64,000 nucleotides of DNA from Psammoneis japonica (lineage: Eukaryota): NCBI GenBank assembly GCA_008632985.1, contig QPGO01000028.1, positions 305,598 to 369,597 of the forward strand, in the 5' to 3' direction. Below, piece after piece: positions 60,847 to 64,000 of this stretch. A model generated the notes under the pieces. The model ran no database searches. It was not told the DNA's origin and saw nothing but the letters and a program-made list of their open reading frames with translations. The position numbers were made by a program, and so were the translations under genes. Numbering within the stretch: the stretch's first letter is position 1; every line of letters begins with the position of its first letter.

Positions 60847-63445
60847 TGTGAGCCGGTTGTCGGATTGCCCCACGCATGTGCTGGGTGCTGAAAAGAAGAT
60901 GTGTTGCGACTTTGTTGTTGTGAAAATTGTGAGCCAGTTTAGAGTGGAGAAAGTGGGATCATGCGAATGGGGAATCTTGCCAAATTCCCATTCGTTCGCA
61001 TTTGGATTGCATCAAATCGATCGTGCGTTCGCATTGTGGATCGTGCGAATCAAGCCATCACGCGCTGTGCACGAGTGATGTCATCGTGTGGAATCACGCT
61101 GCCATCGTGGGCCAGACGACGGGCCAGTGTGCTTCACACGGATGCTCTCTCAGCATCCTTCTGGAATTGCCTGAGACCTGGAGCCATGCCCTCCTGTGGT
61201 CATGCTTCCCAGGCACGCGTTGACAATGCTGCGTTGCCACGTGCAAGAGGCTCATGCACGGTCTCGCCGTGTTGTCCAGCAGCGAGGCATGCTGCACACT
61301 CCCCCATGATCAGGGCCGTCAAGTGACAGGATGTTTCACTGGTGACAGGGCACAATCTGCCGTAGATTGCACGCATCTGTCAGTGCTCCGTTCTGGGTGC
61401 GCAACGTGCCGTTGTCACATGCACTCATGGGTTTCTTCAAAATCCCACAGTCATTTTTAATCATCTGGCTGAATTCTGCCATAAATTCTGTCCCACGGTC
61501 ATAAACCACCTGGGTTGGCCACGGACATCTGCATGGCCACGTTTGTTCCACGACGTTTGCTGCGACGTCTGCGCGTTTCGTAGACACTTCTTCAATCTCG
61601 AACCACCCGGTTGCTGGGTCAATCATTGTGACTGCCCACAACTGCAAAGTGTCCTTTCCGCGTCTTTGAATTTTATGTGGCCCCATCACACCCATGCATG
61701 GAGTCTCCCATGGAATTATCTCGGCGACCTTTTCTGGCAGCTTCCCATGACGCTGCATTCGGCGTTTTGTCTTCTGGCATTGATCGCACTCAACGCACAT
61801 GGAATGCACCGTAGACCTCACACTGGGCCAGCAGAAGTGCTGGGCAATGGACATTTCCGCACGTGTCTCACCTGGATGACACAGTGTCTCGTGGTGCCAT
61901 TCAGTTGGCGGAACCTGCAATGACTGTGGCACTGCGATTTTGTCCTCATGACAGATTAACTGTCGTGATGACCCTCCCCCACGATGTGCGCGAATGGAGC
62001 AGTCGGACGAGTCCTTGGCTCGTGAAAGCAGGCGCTTGTCCTTTTGTTGTTCTTTTTGAATGCACTTGAAGCTAATGGGCAGAGACACGTCGTCTTGCGC
62101 GTCTGCATTAAAGGCTTCATGCAAAGGACGACTTGATGGAGTGTCTTTTACATCCGGATTGGCCTTGGAAGGCAAGCTGGGTGCCAGCCAAAGGCGACTA
62201 AGAGCGTCAGCGACTGGGTCATGGGCACCCTTGACATGGCGTAATTCGGGACCGCATTCTTCGCATGTCAACCGCCAGCGCACAACGCGCTCGGCATTGA
62301 ACACTTTGTGCGCAAGGTTTTTATGATCAGCACATGCAATTGTGCGATGACCAAGGAGAATCGTTCGAAATTCTTTCAACGTCTCCACAATGGCGAGCAA
62401 TTCTCTCTCCGTTGTTGCACAATTTAATTGCGCGCTGTTGAGCTTTCTGCTGCAAAAGGCGACAGGTTTGTTGTCTTGGGACACAACTGCTCCCAATTGA
62501 CATTTAGAGGCATCGGTGTGCATCTCAAAGGGTTCACTAAAATCAGGATGTGATGACAAAACATCATCCGACATCACCCGTTTGACGGTTTCGAATGCCT
62601 CGTCTTCAACGGACATCCACTCCCACCTGACAGTCTCGCTTGCGAGTCGTGTCAGCAGAGCCAAGACTTCAGAACGTCCAATCCACGTGTCACGGCAGCA
62701 CTTCACCATGCCAACAAATGAGCGCAGGTCGCATTCATTGGTTGGGGTTGCGACTCGCTTGATGGCATCGACTTCATTGGGTGTTGGTCGCACTCCGTCT
62801 CTGTTGACCAGATGACCCAAGCACTCCAATTGGGTTTGACAGAAGTGAGATTTAGTTGCATTGACTTTTAGCCCTGCTTTCTGGACCCTCAACAAAACTT
62901 CTTCAAGTTTGTTGAGGTGATCTTCGTGGGTGCCTTTCGTCACGACGAGAAGGTCATCTGAGCACGTTCGAATGAACGATGGATCTTCAAATGAGCCTGA
63001 CATGCGTTCTTGGAAAATGTCTGGCGAGTTGCACAATCCCATGGGCAATGCCTGCATCTCATGCTTGCCCCACGGGAAGATGAGCGTGCAGAGCTTCTTG
63101 CTGTCAGTGTCCAATCGGATGTGACAATGGCCCATGTTTAAATCCAGCGATGCAGCCCACATGAAGCCTTTGAGCTTGAGTGGCATGTCTTGGATGTGAG
63201 GAATCGGATGAGGCAATCACTTGATCCATTTGTTCAGCTCTCTGAAATCATCAACAAAGCGCACCGTTGAGTCTTTCTTCGGTGTGATGAATGATGGAGC
63301 TGCCCATTGGGATCGGTTGACGTGTTTGAGAACACCGATGCGCACTGGGCGTTCTACTTCTTTACGTAGCGCAGCTTTGTGTGCACGAGGTGCTTCACAC
63401 GGACGAGCGTGGCATGGTTCTACACCCTCCTTGAGTTGGACATGG
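60847..63445 (-). mobile_element. Ty3/Gypsy pol (RT-RNase H-integrase), PPT and probable 3' LTR (~60847-61296), degenerate
   Basis: WAAPSFITPKKD, DFRELNK, LDLNMGHCH, LPMGL, CSDDLL, TDASKCQLG, AFCSRKL, ERELL, DHKNL, ADALSRL, HPG, DRGTEF. Order RT-RH-IN is Gypsy. PPT GGGGGAGTG. Far LTR end is tentative. Confidence 0.92.
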
Positions 63446-64000
63446 AACGTGCACACCAGACACTTGGCAACATGGTGCGTTCCTTCTCAGCACAGGACAT
63501 GGAGCTGGACGAAGATGACTCATGGAGTGGCATCCTCTCCGCAGCAGCCTTCGCCATTGGGGCTACAGCACACACGACCACGCGTGCAAGTCGCGTGCAA
63601 TTGGTCTTCGGACGCGATGCGGTTTTGTCTGTTGCCCATCGTGCTAAGTGGAAACACATAGAAACCAGAAAGCAGAAGCTCATCCACTTAAATGACAAGC
63701 GTGAAAATCAGAAATGCAAGGAGCACCAACAAACCGCAGGGCAATTGGCACTTGTCAAACAGGAACAATCCTCTAAGTGCGGTTCTGACAGCTGTGCAGG
63801 ACCCGCCAGAGTTGTCCGTGTGTGTGACAATGGCACGTTGCGCATCCAGAACGGAGCGCTGACAGATGCGCACAATCTACGGCAGATTGCACCCCATCAC
63901 CAGCAAGACATCCTGTCACTTAACGGCCCTGATCATGGGGGAGTGTGCAGCATGCCTCGCCACTGGACAACACAGCGAGACCGTGCATGAGCCTCTTGTG
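63446..64000 (+). mobile_element. Gypsy integrase C-terminus, PPT and start of LTR (63946), inverted relative to the adjacent pol
   Basis: ERAHQTLGNM...WSGILSAAAFAI...QLVFGRD...GP..V..V.DNGT. 63820-63998 is an inverted copy of 61243-61423. Confidence 0.9.

Noticed and set aside
1..64000. Hundreds of overlapping Cys/His/Gln-rich ORFs in all six frames
   Set aside because: By-product of TpA loss removing TAA/TAG stops. The ORF track is sparse where TpA is normal (22.4-27.4 kb). These are not genes.

Overview
Eukaryotic, diatom-like genomic DNA, judged from CoDi-type Copia elements, an RNase H-bearing LINE and GT-AG introns. It is mostly nested, decayed transposons: at least four Copia elements or families, a Gypsy, a LINE, pogo- and Harbinger/ISL2EU-type transposase relics and several MITEs. 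Two intact host genes sit among them: a GT34 glycosyltransferase fused to a DUF579-like polysaccharide methyltransferase domain (20359-22437, +) and a GH125 alpha-1,6-mannosidase (35874-37598, -). Three decayed host-gene copies are also present (Methyltransf_24-like, pyruvate dehydrogenase kinase, exostosin/GT47). The main signal is a domain-restricted mutational process. In the TE-rich blocks (about 1-20.0 kb, 27.7-35.0 kb and 38.4-64 kb) nearly all TpA dinucleotides have become TpG or CpA, i.e. A->G at TpA on either strand. Conserved Tyr codons read Cys or His and TAA/TAG stops disappear, while the intact genes and their flanks have normal TpA. LTR pairs, target-site duplications and an intron-bearing pseudogene indicate this happens on integrated DNA and separately from CpG decay. 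It looks like an adenine-based, RIP-like genome-defence hypermutation; I do not know of a description of it but cannot search the literature. A second finding is a Copia family whose primer-binding site is complementary to its own LTR (Tf1-like self-priming), with a fold-back solo LTR that switches template at that complementarity. All family assignments come from motif recognition by eye, not database searches.
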